A stretch of 37,698 nt of DNA from IMG/VR virus record IMGVR_UViG_3300029982_000015; one strand, given 5' to 3'. Each line of letters begins with the position of its first letter. The stretch's first letter is position 1. Origin of the DNA: a virus. Its lineage: Duplodnaviria; Heunggongvirae; Uroviricota; Caudoviricetes. Shown here one piece after another: positions 8,619 to 17,555 of the stretch. A model generated the notes under the pieces. That model did no database searches, was not told the origin of the DNA, and saw only the letters and a program-made list of their open reading frames with translations. The translations under genes were made by a program, and so were the position numbers.

Positions 8619-10914
8619 ATCCCATTTCCTATTGGTCGCTCGACCGACACAGCAGAAAATTGATTTTCTGTGCAGTCAGATGAAGCTCACTCCAGAGCAA
8701 GTGGAGATGTGTATTCAGGTTGACCCTTCTCCCAACCAGACAGATTTTATCACTTGGATAGCACGTATGCTTGCCAAGGGACACATCCGTCTCCCTGAAG
8801 ATGGGGAGCGGATTAAGGAACAACTTATTACTTTCAACCGGCTTAAGAAAGCCCCCGGCTTCACTGGGAACAAAGACATTAACTCATACACACCGGGCAC
8901 CCTGTTCACTGTCATCGAAGATAACCAAGGCAACTTCTCCAAAAAAGAACAGAACCGGGAAAAGATTCGTGAAGGTGCCAGCGTCATCATCCGGGATGGG
9001 GACATCCTCGTCTACAAAGTGACGAAGGCTCCGGCTCTAGCTGAGCTATCGGCTGGTACCAACTGGTGTACCGCTCATGAAAACATGGGCAATACGTATC
9101 TCAGTTCAGGGCCAACCTACGTTATCTTCGATGAAGGTTCTGCCTACGCTCAGTTCCACCCTGCTACCAATCAACTGAAAGACCGTACCGACACTGAAAT
9201 TCCAGACGGCATTGTTTCCACAAGCGGTAATTATCGTAAGACAAAGAAGACTGTCGCCCGGTTTATATCTGACCCTATCTGCCTGAAAGTAATCAGCCAG
9301 CTTGCCAAGATGGGTGAGCCGGGGGTGTATAAGTACCTCACTGGGGCAAATGATCCTAAGGAAAAAGTTGAAAAGGCTTTCGCTAAGCATGGCGATGAAG
9401 TTGACAACCAGTTACGTAAGGCCGTCTATGATAACCAACCTTTGCCTCAGGCCGAGCTTGATGAAATGTTCAGGAAGAGTTACTATGGATACAATACATC
9501 TGAGCCCCCTTCTGCCAAAGTGTACTTCCGTTATTGCATGAAGTTCATGCCCGGAAAATCAAATGAACGGTTGGAAAAGCTTCTTCTCGAAGGACGACCT
9601 TCTCTCGACCTGTTGTCCTATTGTCGCAAATTTCTCAAAGGAGAACGTTGGCCGGACGCTGAGAAGAAGATTCTGACGTATGCAACAACCTCGACCAACT
9701 CTATGTACCTCTGTCTTGAATATGCCCGAGGCATCATCAAGGGACGTTGGCCTGAGTTTGAAAAGAAGCTGGGCAAAGCCAAGCTTAACCCCATCCCTGC
9801 TAAAGCCATCAAACTATATGCGGAAACCATCTTGAATCAGAGGTGGGCTGACCTCCCCGGTGCTCAGCTTACATTCAGTGGCATGGATAAGATGGAGTAC
9901 CGAATGACACTAGGTGATCCTGAGCAAGCTATCGAGTATGCTGATAAATTCATCAAGGGTCGCTGGAAACCCCTTGAAGTAGTATTGCGCCAGATTGGAG
10001 ATACGACTCATCTGTTGAATTACTCTCGCAAATTCCTTGGTGGAAGTCGCGATTTGGAGATGGAACCTGACACATTAAGGAATGCCAAACCGGAGCAGTT
10101 GTATGACTATGCACGCAGTGTCATCAAGGGACGTGACCCGGAGATTGAGGAACGTCTTTTACAGACCACCGATGTCATGCCAGCTATTAACTATGCTTCC
10201 CATATCATGAAGGCACGTTGGCCTGAATTGGAACAGAAGCTGTTGAAGTTCGCTGAGGATTACGATTTCAGTGAAAGCTACTCAAGTGGTAGTAGTAGTG
10301 GTTTTGTACCTCAAAGTAAAAAGGATTATTGGAATAATGCCCGTAAACTCCCTGAAACAATAAGGGACTACGTTACGAGTGTGGTCCGTGGCCGTTGGCC
10401 TGAATTTGAAAAGCTACTCCTTGATAGGTACTCCAAGCATCCAGACGAGTGGACAAAAAACCAACAATGGGTTGACGGTTATATATCTCTCCTTAGCGAA
10501 ATAACTGAGGACGGGGAAGAAGTGACCGATGAAGATACAGGAGATAAATACCACAAACAAGTTCGCATAGCTACACCGCCAACATGGCCGGAAGGTGAAA
10601 AACGGTTGGCTACTCGTGATCCCAACTATGAGGCTATCATCGTTAAAGAGATACAAGAAGCTATGGCGAGTGATGAAGCTGTCGATCCCCGCTCTTCCAA
10701 CGTGGAGTATAACCTATATCACGCAGTTGAGATTTTATATCAATATCTCAAGGCGTTGAAGTATTTTAATACTGAATGGCCTGAGGGGGTTAAGTTCCTT
10801 AATGAGGTAGAGGACATGCGAACCAAGCGAGAAGGGTTCTGGAACACATTCAACAAATTCCACTTGTCGTCTCTTTTGAGAAGAAAGAGTTATGCGCTTA
10901 GAGACTGTCTATGA
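8608..10914 (+). CDS. GTxWC-motif (PcfJ-like) N-terminal domain plus Y..IKGRWPE.E helical repeats
   Basis: DPSP...ITWI, KDINSY and AGTNWCTA (9055-9069), then about 9 repeats; GAGG upstream of ATG 8608. Confidence 0.75.
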   Translation: MRFLSHFLLVARPTQQKIDFLCSQMKLTPEQVEMCIQVDPSPNQTDFITWIARMLAKGHIRLPEDGERIKEQLITFNRLKKAPGFTGNKDINSYTPGTLFTVIEDNQGNFSKKEQNREKIREGASVIIRDGDILVYKVTKAPALAELSAGTNWCTAHENMGNTYLSSGPTYVIFDEGSAYAQFHPATNQLKDRTDTEIPDGIVSTSGNYRKTKKTVARFISDPICLKVISQLAKMGEPGVYKYLTGANDPKEKVEKAFAKHGDEVDNQLRKAVYDNQPLPQAELDEMFRKSYYGYNTSEPPSAKVYFRYCMKFMPGKSNERLEKLLLEGRPSLDLLSYCRKFLKGERWPDAEKKILTYATTSTNSMYLCLEYARGIIKGRWPEFEKKLGKAKLNPIPAKAIKLYAETILNQRWADLPGAQLTFSGMDKMEYRMTLGDPEQAIEYADKFIKGRWKPLEVVLRQIGDTTHLLNYSRKFLGGSRDLEMEPDTLRNAKPEQLYDYARSVIKGRDPEIEERLLQTTDVMPAINYASHIMKARWPELEQKLLKFAEDYDFSESYSSGSSSGFVPQSKKDYWNNARKLPETIRDYVTSVVRGRWPEFEKLLLDRYSKHPDEWTKNQQWVDGYISLLSEITEDGEEVTDEDTGDKYHKQVRIATPPTWPEGEKRLATRDPNYEAIIVKEIQEAMASDEAVDPRSSNVEYNLYHAVEILYQYLKALKYFNTEWPEGVKFLNEVEDMRTKREGFWNTFNKFHLSSLLRRKSYALRDCL
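9526..10419 (+). repeat. about 9 degenerate protein repeats, consensus Y(A)xx(I/V)(I/L)KGRWPExExxL
   Basis: Examples: EYARGIIKGRWPEFEKKL, EYADKFIKGRWKPLE, DYARSVIKGRDPEIEERL, NYASHIMKARWPELEQKL, DYVTSVVRGRWPEFEKLL. Confidence 0.85.
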
Positions 10915-11617
10915 CACTCTTGTAATCTCCGATGTCCATCTCGGTTCACCTCTAGCTATGGCTAGGGAACTCACAAACCTGCTCAATCAGATTTACCTTG
11001 GTGTAATAAAAGTCAAGCGTATCATTCTCCTCGGAGACATTTTCTCCGACCTAAACTTCAGTCGCCTGACCAGTGAACACTGGCAAGTCATCTCTCTTAT
11101 TCGAGAACTGTCCAACCCTAAGCGAGAGATTGAAGTCGTGTGGGTAGAAGGCAACCACGATGCCGGGGTAACTGAAGTCATGGAGCACCTCCTTGGTGTC
11201 CCTGTATATCAACAATACACGTGGGGCTGGAACGGCAATACGTGTGTCGCCATGCATGGTCATCAGTTCGACGCCTTATTCGCTAATGGCAATCCTTGGT
11301 TCAACGACTTTGTAACGGGGCTGCATATCTGGCTTCAGAAAAGAAACCTCCTGAAACGCTGGCTACCAACAATTCTGGATAAACTTCACACAAAATATCA
11401 ACGACTGACTTTCAAAGTCGCGGATGGAGCTATTAGTGTCGCCAAGGGACTCAAAGCTGACTATGTGTTTTGCGGCCATACTCACAGCCCCTACCACGAG
11501 TATCGTGACGGTGTGGAGTATTGGAACGCTGGGTGCTGGGTTGGCGATGTCGCATCTTATCTAATTCTTGATGAAAATGTAAAACTGGTCAACATCGTCA
11601 GAGCCACAGAAACTTAG
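10892..11617 (+). CDS. calcineurin-like metallophosphoesterase (resembles the LpxH-like family, but has GNHD)
   Basis: All five motifs present: SDVHLG, LLGDIF, EGNHD, HGHQFD, CGHTH. Confidence 0.88.
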   Translation: MRLETVYDTLVISDVHLGSPLAMARELTNLLNQIYLGVIKVKRIILLGDIFSDLNFSRLTSEHWQVISLIRELSNPKREIEVVWVEGNHDAGVTEVMEHLLGVPVYQQYTWGWNGNTCVAMHGHQFDALFANGNPWFNDFVTGLHIWLQKRNLLKRWLPTILDKLHTKYQRLTFKVADGAISVAKGLKADYVFCGHTHSPYHEYRDGVEYWNAGCWVGDVASYLILDENVKLVNIVRATET

Positions 11618-11650
11618 ATACCCATCCCTTGTTAGGGGGTATTTATAGGT

Positions 11651-12082
11651 ATGGAGCCTCAAGAGGAACCGTTCGCCGAATACATACGAAAAATCTCCCG
11701 GCTATACGAAGACTTCTCACTTGATCTGATAAGCCGAGAAGAGGCTATGGCTCGTCTCAGTGTTCTGAAAACTGAGCACAAACAGCTAGTCGAATCGGGC
11801 ATGTTCCCCCTCAACAAGCGATTTGAAATCCCTACGGAAAGAGGAGACGATATGATACGTAAGTTCAGCCGAACCCGCCGAGTACGAGATGTTAGGACTC
11901 AAACACATCCTCTTAACTTCAAATGCAATTGTCGTAGGTGTGTAGGTTTGTATACCATTACAATGCAAGATAGAGACTTACTTAAAGAGATGGGCATTGT
12001 ATGGCGTTCAAAGACCGAACAAGACAAAGAGTCGGAAGACTCACTATTGTTAATGGACGGCCAAACAGAGGAAGAAAAGTAG
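11651..12082 (+). CDS. hypothetical protein with a CxCxxC motif
   Basis: ATG with upstream AGGT/GGGG, 143 aa; its C-terminus overlaps an endonuclease remnant. Confidence 0.65.
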   Translation: MEPQEEPFAEYIRKISRLYEDFSLDLISREEAMARLSVLKTEHKQLVESGMFPLNKRFEIPTERGDDMIRKFSRTRRVRDVRTQTHPLNFKCNCRRCVGLYTITMQDRDLLKEMGIVWRSKTEQDKESEDSLLLMDGQTEEEK

Positions 12083-12201
12083 TTTGGAAATGCCTTTGTG
12101 ACTGTGGAAAACGTTACAGTCCTTGCAGATGGGCTGGGGCGGGGTCGGAAGGTAGTGGCACTGGCGGATCGAATAGTGGTACTATAGAAGTATTCTTTTA
12201 G
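12001..12201 (+). pseudogene. decayed N-terminus of an HNH/AP2-type homing endonuclease
   Basis: MAFKDRTRQRVGRLTIV...VVWKCLCDCG matches the KDLTGQRFGRLTV...WxCxCDCG leader. Removing one A from the run at 12108-12111 continues CGNVTVLADGLGRG. No nuclease domain follows. Confidence 0.65.
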
Positions 12202-12289
12202 GAGGCATGATGGCGTACGTTCATTGTCATAGCTGCCCGTGGTCTTGCGGATGAAGCATGGGAACAGATTCAGATAGCGCGGAAGAACA

Positions 12290-12508
12290 ATGATATATAA
12301 GGTATGTCCTGTCTGTGACTATGACCGCCTGAAACTTGATCCTGCTGAAGGGTTGCATGAAATCTGCCCTCAGTGTGGGATTCAGTTCGGCTACAATGAT
12401 GTAGGGCCGGAACCAGCCGTTGTATACCATGCTCAATTGCGGGAGCGTTGGATTGCTGCCGGTCGCCCGTGGCGTAGCACTGTAGTGAGCCCTGATGACC
12501 GCTGCTGA
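12290..12508 (+). CDS. small cysteine-rich zinc-finger protein
   Basis: CPVCDY...EICPQCGIQFGYND...LRERWIAAGRPW pattern. Confidence 0.7.
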   Translation: MIYKVCPVCDYDRLKLDPAEGLHEICPQCGIQFGYNDVGPEPAVVYHAQLRERWIAAGRPWRSTVVSPDDRC

Positions 12509-12869
12509 CATCTGCACCACCCTTTACAATACCAAGTATTGCTACCATAGTGAGAAGGAACTGCAACACGGCGTTGGTCAGGTGCTGACCGACCTGAACC
12601 TTACCTTCAAGCCAGAGTATTCTCTCGCCCCCCGCGACCGAATAGACTTCCTGATTACAGACCTTGGAATTGGCATCGAGTGCAAGTCGGATGACTCTGG
12701 GGGCGGCACCAGCCTCGCCTCCGTCACTCGCCAGCTAATGAGGTATGCCCAACACACAGAAGTTGTAGAGCTAATTCTCCTCACTACCATGAGCAAACAC
12801 AAGAACTTACCAGACAGTTTGAACGGTAAGCCCCTTTACATCGTGCATCTTCTCCTCAGTTTCTTATAA
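12495..12869 (+). CDS. standalone PD-(D/E)xK (restriction-endonuclease-fold) nuclease
   Basis: EKELQ...RIDFL...GIECK...QLMRYA catalytic pattern. Confidence 0.8.
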   Translation: MTAADICTTLYNTKYCYHSEKELQHGVGQVLTDLNLTFKPEYSLAPRDRIDFLITDLGIGIECKSDDSGGGTSLASVTRQLMRYAQHTEVVELILLTTMSKHKNLPDSLNGKPLYIVHLLLSFL

Positions 12870-12896
12870 TATGGGATACGTTAGTACGGAGTGTGT

Positions 12897-13094
12897 ATGG
12901 TACTAAAAGTTGCCATAACTATAGGGTTCTTTGCAATCGCCTTCTTCTTTTCGATGGTGATGAATCAGGTAGTCCATGCCTTCTTTACACCCGGTACGGC
13001 GGAGTATGTCATCGACGCCGTATCCGCAGGTCAAATACTTCTTATCCTTTATGCTACTGGATTTATGGACACCATCCGCAAAGTCAAGTATTAA
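12897..13094 (+). CDS. small two-helix membrane protein
   Basis: GGAG upstream; two hydrophobic segments; basic C-terminus RKVKY. Confidence 0.65.
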   Translation: MVLKVAITIGFFAIAFFFSMVMNQVVHAFFTPGTAEYVIDAVSAGQILLILYATGFMDTIRKVKY

Positions 13095-13099
13095 GGTAC

Positions 13100-13393
13100 A
13101 TGACCCGAGTTGTGCATGTTCGTAAGGAATCCTTCGACCTCTATATTGGTCGTGCCTTTCAAGAGTTTTCCGAGTCAATTTGGCACAACCCCTTCCATGT
13201 TGGCTCGGATGGCAACCGAAAGGAAGTCCTAGCCAAATACCGTGCTTATCTTCTTTCCAACCCAGACCTGCTCGATCATCTTCATGAACTTCGTGGCAAA
13301 ACCCTTGGCTGCTGGTGCAAACCCAAGTTAACTTGTCACGGAGATATTCTGGCGGAGATTGTAAATACCACCGATCCTTGCAGTATTCAGTAA
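13100..13393 (+). CDS. DUF4326 domain protein
   Basis: VVHVRK...DLYIGR...WHNPF...LRGKTLGCWCKP..CHGDIL signature; true start is ATG 13100 inside the longer track ORF. Confidence 0.88.
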   Translation: MTRVVHVRKESFDLYIGRAFQEFSESIWHNPFHVGSDGNRKEVLAKYRAYLLSNPDLLDHLHELRGKTLGCWCKPKLTCHGDILAEIVNTTDPCSIQ

Positions 13394-13395
13394 GT

Positions 13396-13968
13396 ATGAA
13401 CACTGGAGACTTGGCAGTATACATTCCCGAGAACCTCTTGTGTACTATTGTAGAGACCGACTACAAGGTAGAAGGGCGTCACAAAGTACACCCGACCAAT
13501 AGCAAAGACAAAAAAGAGTTTCGGATACTACCCGCCGACAAACTCCGCCTCGCTACCGATGACGACTTGGATCACATCGAGTATCTCTACACCGATGAGG
13601 AAACAGGTCAGGTTGTCAGTATGAAGCTCAGGAAGGCATACGTCGAAGCCATCCCCCGGTACCTCTCCATCGGAAAGTCTTTGGTGGTCACTACCAAGGA
13701 CATTCTCACACAGATAAATGAACCAGACTCCGATGGCACTCGTCGCCAATTTCGTGCCGCTGTGGCATGGTGGATTGAAAAGGGGATCATCATCTGCTCC
13801 ACAAATAGTGGGTACTTTGTCGCGGATAACTCAAAAGAAGTACAGGATTGCGTCACGAACAAAGAACGTCAGGCCGAGGGCAACCTAAGACGGGCTCGAT
13901 TGCTTAAGAGCATGGATGTAGACGCCTCAAAGTTAGCTTTTCTAGCCCTGACAAATCAAGAAGGATGA
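13396..13968 (+). CDS. winged-helix DNA-binding protein with an N-terminal SH3-like segment
   Basis: C-terminal RRQFRAAVAWWIEKGIIICSTNSGYFVA resembles a phage wHTH with wing. Confidence 0.6.
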   Translation: MNTGDLAVYIPENLLCTIVETDYKVEGRHKVHPTNSKDKKEFRILPADKLRLATDDDLDHIEYLYTDEETGQVVSMKLRKAYVEAIPRYLSIGKSLVVTTKDILTQINEPDSDGTRRQFRAAVAWWIEKGIIICSTNSGYFVADNSKEVQDCVTNKERQAEGNLRRARLLKSMDVDASKLAFLALTNQEG

Positions 13969-14339
13969 GCATGAATCTTCTCAAAGAAACCCTAAACTAC
14001 CTTGAATACAAAGGGAAATCCCCCAATACCATTAGATGGGTTGGGAGTTATGACGGTGAGTACCAAATCACATGGGAAGAGTTTACTGCCATCGCTGACA
14101 TTGAGTACGACGCAGGTTATGGCGGTCAGGAGATTGCTAACGATTTAGTTATTGTTGGAGATGATTGGTGGCTCGACCGGAGTGAGTACGATGGCTCTGA
14201 GGGATGGGCATATCATACCAGACCAGCCCCCCTTATTGGAGCTAAATCCTTTACTCGTGTCACTGACCCAAAGAATTCGTGCTGGGCATCCATCGAAGAG
14301 ATGAATCGTCCCGGCGGTAAGTATGGAGACAACGAATGA
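13965..14339 (+). CDS. conserved phage hypothetical protein (YDxGYGxQE...EYDGSE.W)
   Basis: NLLKET...YDAGYGGQEIANDLVIVGDDWWLDRSEYDGSEGW; overlapping start and stop codons with its neighbours. Confidence 0.8.
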   Translation: MSMNLLKETLNYLEYKGKSPNTIRWVGSYDGEYQITWEEFTAIADIEYDAGYGGQEIANDLVIVGDDWWLDRSEYDGSEGWAYHTRPAPLIGAKSFTRVTDPKNSCWASIEEMNRPGGKYGDNE

Positions 14340-14521
14340 AGGAAGCCAAAGAAATAAGAAGGAGGGCTTTGTTGGACGCTATTCACGCCCAGTGTGGAAA
14401 GAAGTGTCCCGGACCGAGAGAAGACCATGGCATCGGTGACTACTTCTCCCACTGTGAAGCTTCCGGCGTGTGGAAACTCTACGAAAAGGAGTTTGGAAAA
14501 CAAGAGGGTGATGAATCGTAA
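14336..14521 (+). CDS. hypothetical protein
   Basis: ATGA coupling with the upstream gene, GGAG upstream, 61 aa. Confidence 0.65.
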   Translation: MKEAKEIRRRALLDAIHAQCGKKCPGPREDHGIGDYFSHCEASGVWKLYEKEFGKQEGDES

Positions 14522-14549
14522 GATTGACACCGACCCAAAGGAGAAAGTA

Positions 14550-14732
14550 ATGAGCGACGACCGTATCTTGACTTCCATGCGAGGGATACTGTGGGAAGAG
14601 GCTAAAGGTAAACTTCGGGCTCTCCTGAACACCTATTACCCTGACCAAAACGGGACTGATTACTTTGAACCGATGGACAAGGCTGTGAACAAGTTCATCA
14701 AGAACGTCGAAGACAATGGATGGGCTATATGA
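14550..14732 (+). CDS. hypothetical protein
   Basis: AAGGAG before ATG 14550 (alternative ATG at 14511). Confidence 0.65.
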   Translation: MSDDRILTSMRGILWEEAKGKLRALLNTYYPDQNGTDYFEPMDKAVNKFIKNVEDNGWAI

Positions 14733-14908
14733 ACGACGCCAAAATAAGACAGAAGTGCGAAGACTGCGGTAGGACAATGCGTTTTCGCAAGAAGACGCAA
14801 GACTGGACACATAAGAGTATGCAGGATTGGATGAGATGCCCCGGCCCAAAGGGTTTTCAACAATTCTATCAACAGAACCACACGACACTACTGCGAGGGG
14901 CAAAATGA
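14729..14908 (+). CDS. small CxxC protein
   Basis: ATGA coupling at both ends; CEDC motif. Confidence 0.55.
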   Translation: MNDAKIRQKCEDCGRTMRFRKKTQDWTHKSMQDWMRCPGPKGFQQFYQQNHTTLLRGAK

Positions 14909-15399
14909 ACCACAAGCTTGACACCGACACTCAGGTGTTCTTCTACGAGCAGGACTTCTATGTTCTGTCCAACTTCTCTGCATTCACCTTGAAGTGGGAG
15001 AATATCCGTTTCGATACCTCTGAGGCGGTCTACCATTGGGAGAAGTTTAACTACACAGCCGATACCCCGTTTAAACAACTCCAACTAGTCGGTATTCAGC
15101 TTGCTCTCGTACAAGCCCCCTCCGCTCATGAAGCGTTCAAAATAGCCGAGAAAAACAAGGAACACAGGAAGCCGGACTGGGATATGGTTAAACTCCCCAT
15201 CATGGCTAACATCCTCCGTGCCAAGGCAGCACAGCATGAGTACGTACGCCGCAAGCTGCTGGCGACCGGCAACCGCGAATTGATTGAAGACTCGTGGCGG
15301 GATAGCTACTGGGGTTGGGGTGAGGACGGTAAGGGTCGGAACTGGTTGGGCAAGTTGTGGATGGCGATTCGCGAGGAGCTAAGATGTCAATCGACTTGA
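14905..15399 (+). CDS. NADAR (YbiA-like) family ADP-ribose-related hydrolase
   Basis: LSNFS...TSEAVYHWEKF...W..VK..IM...LRAK..QH...LLATGNRELIEDS..DSYWG.G.DG.G.N.LGKLWM.IREEL. Confidence 0.92.
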   Translation: MNHKLDTDTQVFFYEQDFYVLSNFSAFTLKWENIRFDTSEAVYHWEKFNYTADTPFKQLQLVGIQLALVQAPSAHEAFKIAEKNKEHRKPDWDMVKLPIMANILRAKAAQHEYVRRKLLATGNRELIEDSWRDSYWGWGEDGKGRNWLGKLWMAIREELRCQST

Positions 15400-15554
15400 A
15401 AGCGTATCTTGAAGGACTAAAAAACCAGCCCAATGGAGACGATGTGTATGAGTTCCCCTGCGACTATCAAGATACCTACGACTTGGGTATTAAACATGGG
15501 AAGGTACAGATGGCACAAGAACTGTGGAAGCTTCTCGGGTTTGACATTCAATAG
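15384..15554 (+). CDS. hypothetical protein
   Basis: GAGGAG before ATG 15384; 56 aa. Confidence 0.6.
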   Translation: MSIDLKAYLEGLKNQPNGDDVYEFPCDYQDTYDLGIKHGKVQMAQELWKLLGFDIQ

Positions 15555-15557
15555 TAG

Positions 15558-15830
15558 ATGAATAGAACAACCACACCTGAAGACCGAGCTATCTGCACAA
15601 GATGCAGACAGGACAAGCTACGCAAATTTTTCCACAAAGACCGAAAGAGGCCGAATGGGCTTTGCAAAACACACATCTCCAAGCTGCGAAAACGACTTGC
15701 CGTGGACCATGACCACGTGACCGGAGAAGTTCGAGGGCTGCTCTGCAATGTATGCAACCCGTCCTTAGGTGGGTTTAATGATGACATTACCCTCCTTGAA
15801 GCAGCTATAGCTTATTTGAGAGGACACTGA
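15558..15830 (+). pseudogene. endonuclease VII-type homing endonuclease with an in-frame internal deletion
   Basis: Retains LAVDHDH.TG.VRGLLC..CN but lacks the YG.....Q...CAIC segment seen in the paralog at 17556. Confidence 0.65.
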
Positions 15831-17542
15831 TGCGTACCTATGGTTCGTGTACCTACAATAAACGTAATCAGTGTTGGGACTTAGTGGTCGAGCCGCACGT
15901 TGCTATCAGGCTTAAACGTGTGTTCGCGAAGATTGATACGTGGCAGTACGGCAAGCAGTCTATCTCTGCTACGCCTGAGAATTGCCGCGACCTTCAGTGG
16001 TTCCTCGACCGCTATCCATTAGAAGTCTACCCTTTTGAGCTTCTCGCTGAACGGGCTCAGGAGCATCGTGAGCGTCAGTCTCTTATTGAACAACTCCTCA
16101 ATGGACACATGGAGCGGGAAGCTTTCAAGTTGAAGATTCCTCCACGGGAATATCAGGCGTTGGCCGCTCACATGTGGTTGACGGCTGGTGGTTTGTTGTT
16201 GGCTGACGACGTTGGGCTGGGTAAAACCTGCACAGCCATCGCGGGACTCAGCGAACCGAAGACGCTCCCGGCGCTTGTCGTCACCCTCACTCACTTGCCT
16301 TTTCAGTGGCGTGACGAAGTGAACAAGTTCACTGACCTCACCACGCACATTCTGAAGAAGGGTACTCCTTACGACATCCTGAAGTACACTAAGGGTAGAT
16401 TACCCGATGTGTTCATCACTAACTACGCCAAACTTGGCGGGTGGGCAGAGACCCTCGCCCCCCTGCTGAAGTCGGTTGTATTTGATGAGATTCAGGAACT
16501 CCGCCACAACGGCACGCAGAAATACAACGCGGCCAAACACATCGCCGATGCGTGTACCTTCCGCCTCGGTACGTCGGCCACGCCCATCTACAACTACGGC
16601 GGAGAAATCTTCAACATCATTGACGTGCTGCTCCCGGATTCACTGGGCACCAAGGATGAGTTCATTCGCGAGTGGTGCATTTACCAGTTCGGCGACAAGC
16701 TGAAAATCAAAGACCCCGCAGCGTTCGGTCTGTTCGCACGCGAGAACGGTCTCATGCTCCGCCGCACCCGCATCGAGGTCAAGCGTGAACTCCCGCCTGT
16801 CACTGTGGTGCCTCACCACATTGATGTGGACGCCAAGGCACTCGACCACATGAAGGGTCAGGCTATCGAACTTGCCAAGCTGATTCTCAAACAGACGCAA
16901 GACTTCAAAGGCCAGAAGATGCAAGCGGCTGGCGAGTTTGACATCAAGATGCGGCAAGCCACCGGCATCGCCAAGGCACCGTACGTGGCCGAGTTTGTCA
17001 AGTTCCTCATCGCCGACAATACGGAGCCCGTGGTGGTCTACGCATGGCATCGGGAGGTCTACGACATCCTCATGGAGCGGTTGAAGGAATTCAACCCGGT
17101 CATGTACACCGGCTCCGAGACACCGAATCAAAAGGAAGCCTCCAAGCAAGCCCTCATCAGCGGCAAGTCGCGAGTCCTGCTTGTCTCGCTGCGTGCCGGA
17201 GCGGGTATGGATGGGTTACAGGACGTATGTCACCTTGCTGTGTTTGCTGAACTTGACTGGTCACCGGGAGTTCATGAGCAGTGTGTCGGTCGTATCCACC
17301 GCGATGGTCAGGACGAACCATGCACGATTTATTATCTGCTGTCCGAGCATGGTTCAGACCCGATTATGGGAGACATCTTGGGAATCAAGCGGCAGCAGAT
17401 TGAGGGTGTACGAGACCCAAATCAAGACCTTGTGACGAAACTGCAAGTGGAAGCCGACTACATAAAACGTATGGCTGAGCGGTTCCTTACAGACCATGGT
17501 ATCGAGTTACCAAAAGAGGAGACTATTGAACCCCTTTTATAG
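15830..17542 (+). CDS. SNF2-family (SF2) helicase/translocase
   Basis: LADDVGLGKT (motif I), FDEIQ (II), SATP (III), WSPGVHEQCVGRIHRDGQ (VI). Confidence 0.92.
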   Translation: MRTYGSCTYNKRNQCWDLVVEPHVAIRLKRVFAKIDTWQYGKQSISATPENCRDLQWFLDRYPLEVYPFELLAERAQEHRERQSLIEQLLNGHMEREAFKLKIPPREYQALAAHMWLTAGGLLLADDVGLGKTCTAIAGLSEPKTLPALVVTLTHLPFQWRDEVNKFTDLTTHILKKGTPYDILKYTKGRLPDVFITNYAKLGGWAETLAPLLKSVVFDEIQELRHNGTQKYNAAKHIADACTFRLGTSATPIYNYGGEIFNIIDVLLPDSLGTKDEFIREWCIYQFGDKLKIKDPAAFGLFARENGLMLRRTRIEVKRELPPVTVVPHHIDVDAKALDHMKGQAIELAKLILKQTQDFKGQKMQAAGEFDIKMRQATGIAKAPYVAEFVKFLIADNTEPVVVYAWHREVYDILMERLKEFNPVMYTGSETPNQKEASKQALISGKSRVLLVSLRAGAGMDGLQDVCHLAVFAELDWSPGVHEQCVGRIHRDGQDEPCTIYYLLSEHGSDPIMGDILGIKRQQIEGVRDPNQDLVTKLQVEADYIKRMAERFLTDHGIELPKEETIEPLL

Positions 17543-17555
17543 GGGGTGTTTCTTA

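Noticed and set aside
10892-11617. Calling the metallophosphoesterase LpxH
   Set aside because: It has GNHD rather than the GNRD typical of LpxH, and there is no lipid A context, so only the superfamily is supported.
12207-12300. Short ORF MMAYVHCHSCPWSC with a good SD, possibly frameshifted into DEAWEQIQIARKNNDI
   Set aside because: The repaired product is only about 30 aa and cannot be supported without homologs.
17529-17548. CCCCT-TTAT-AGGGG hairpin at the helicase/endonuclease junction, with a similar one at 11618-11642
   Set aside because: The stems are short, overlap the stop codon and SD, and lack a clear U-tract; too weak to call as terminators.
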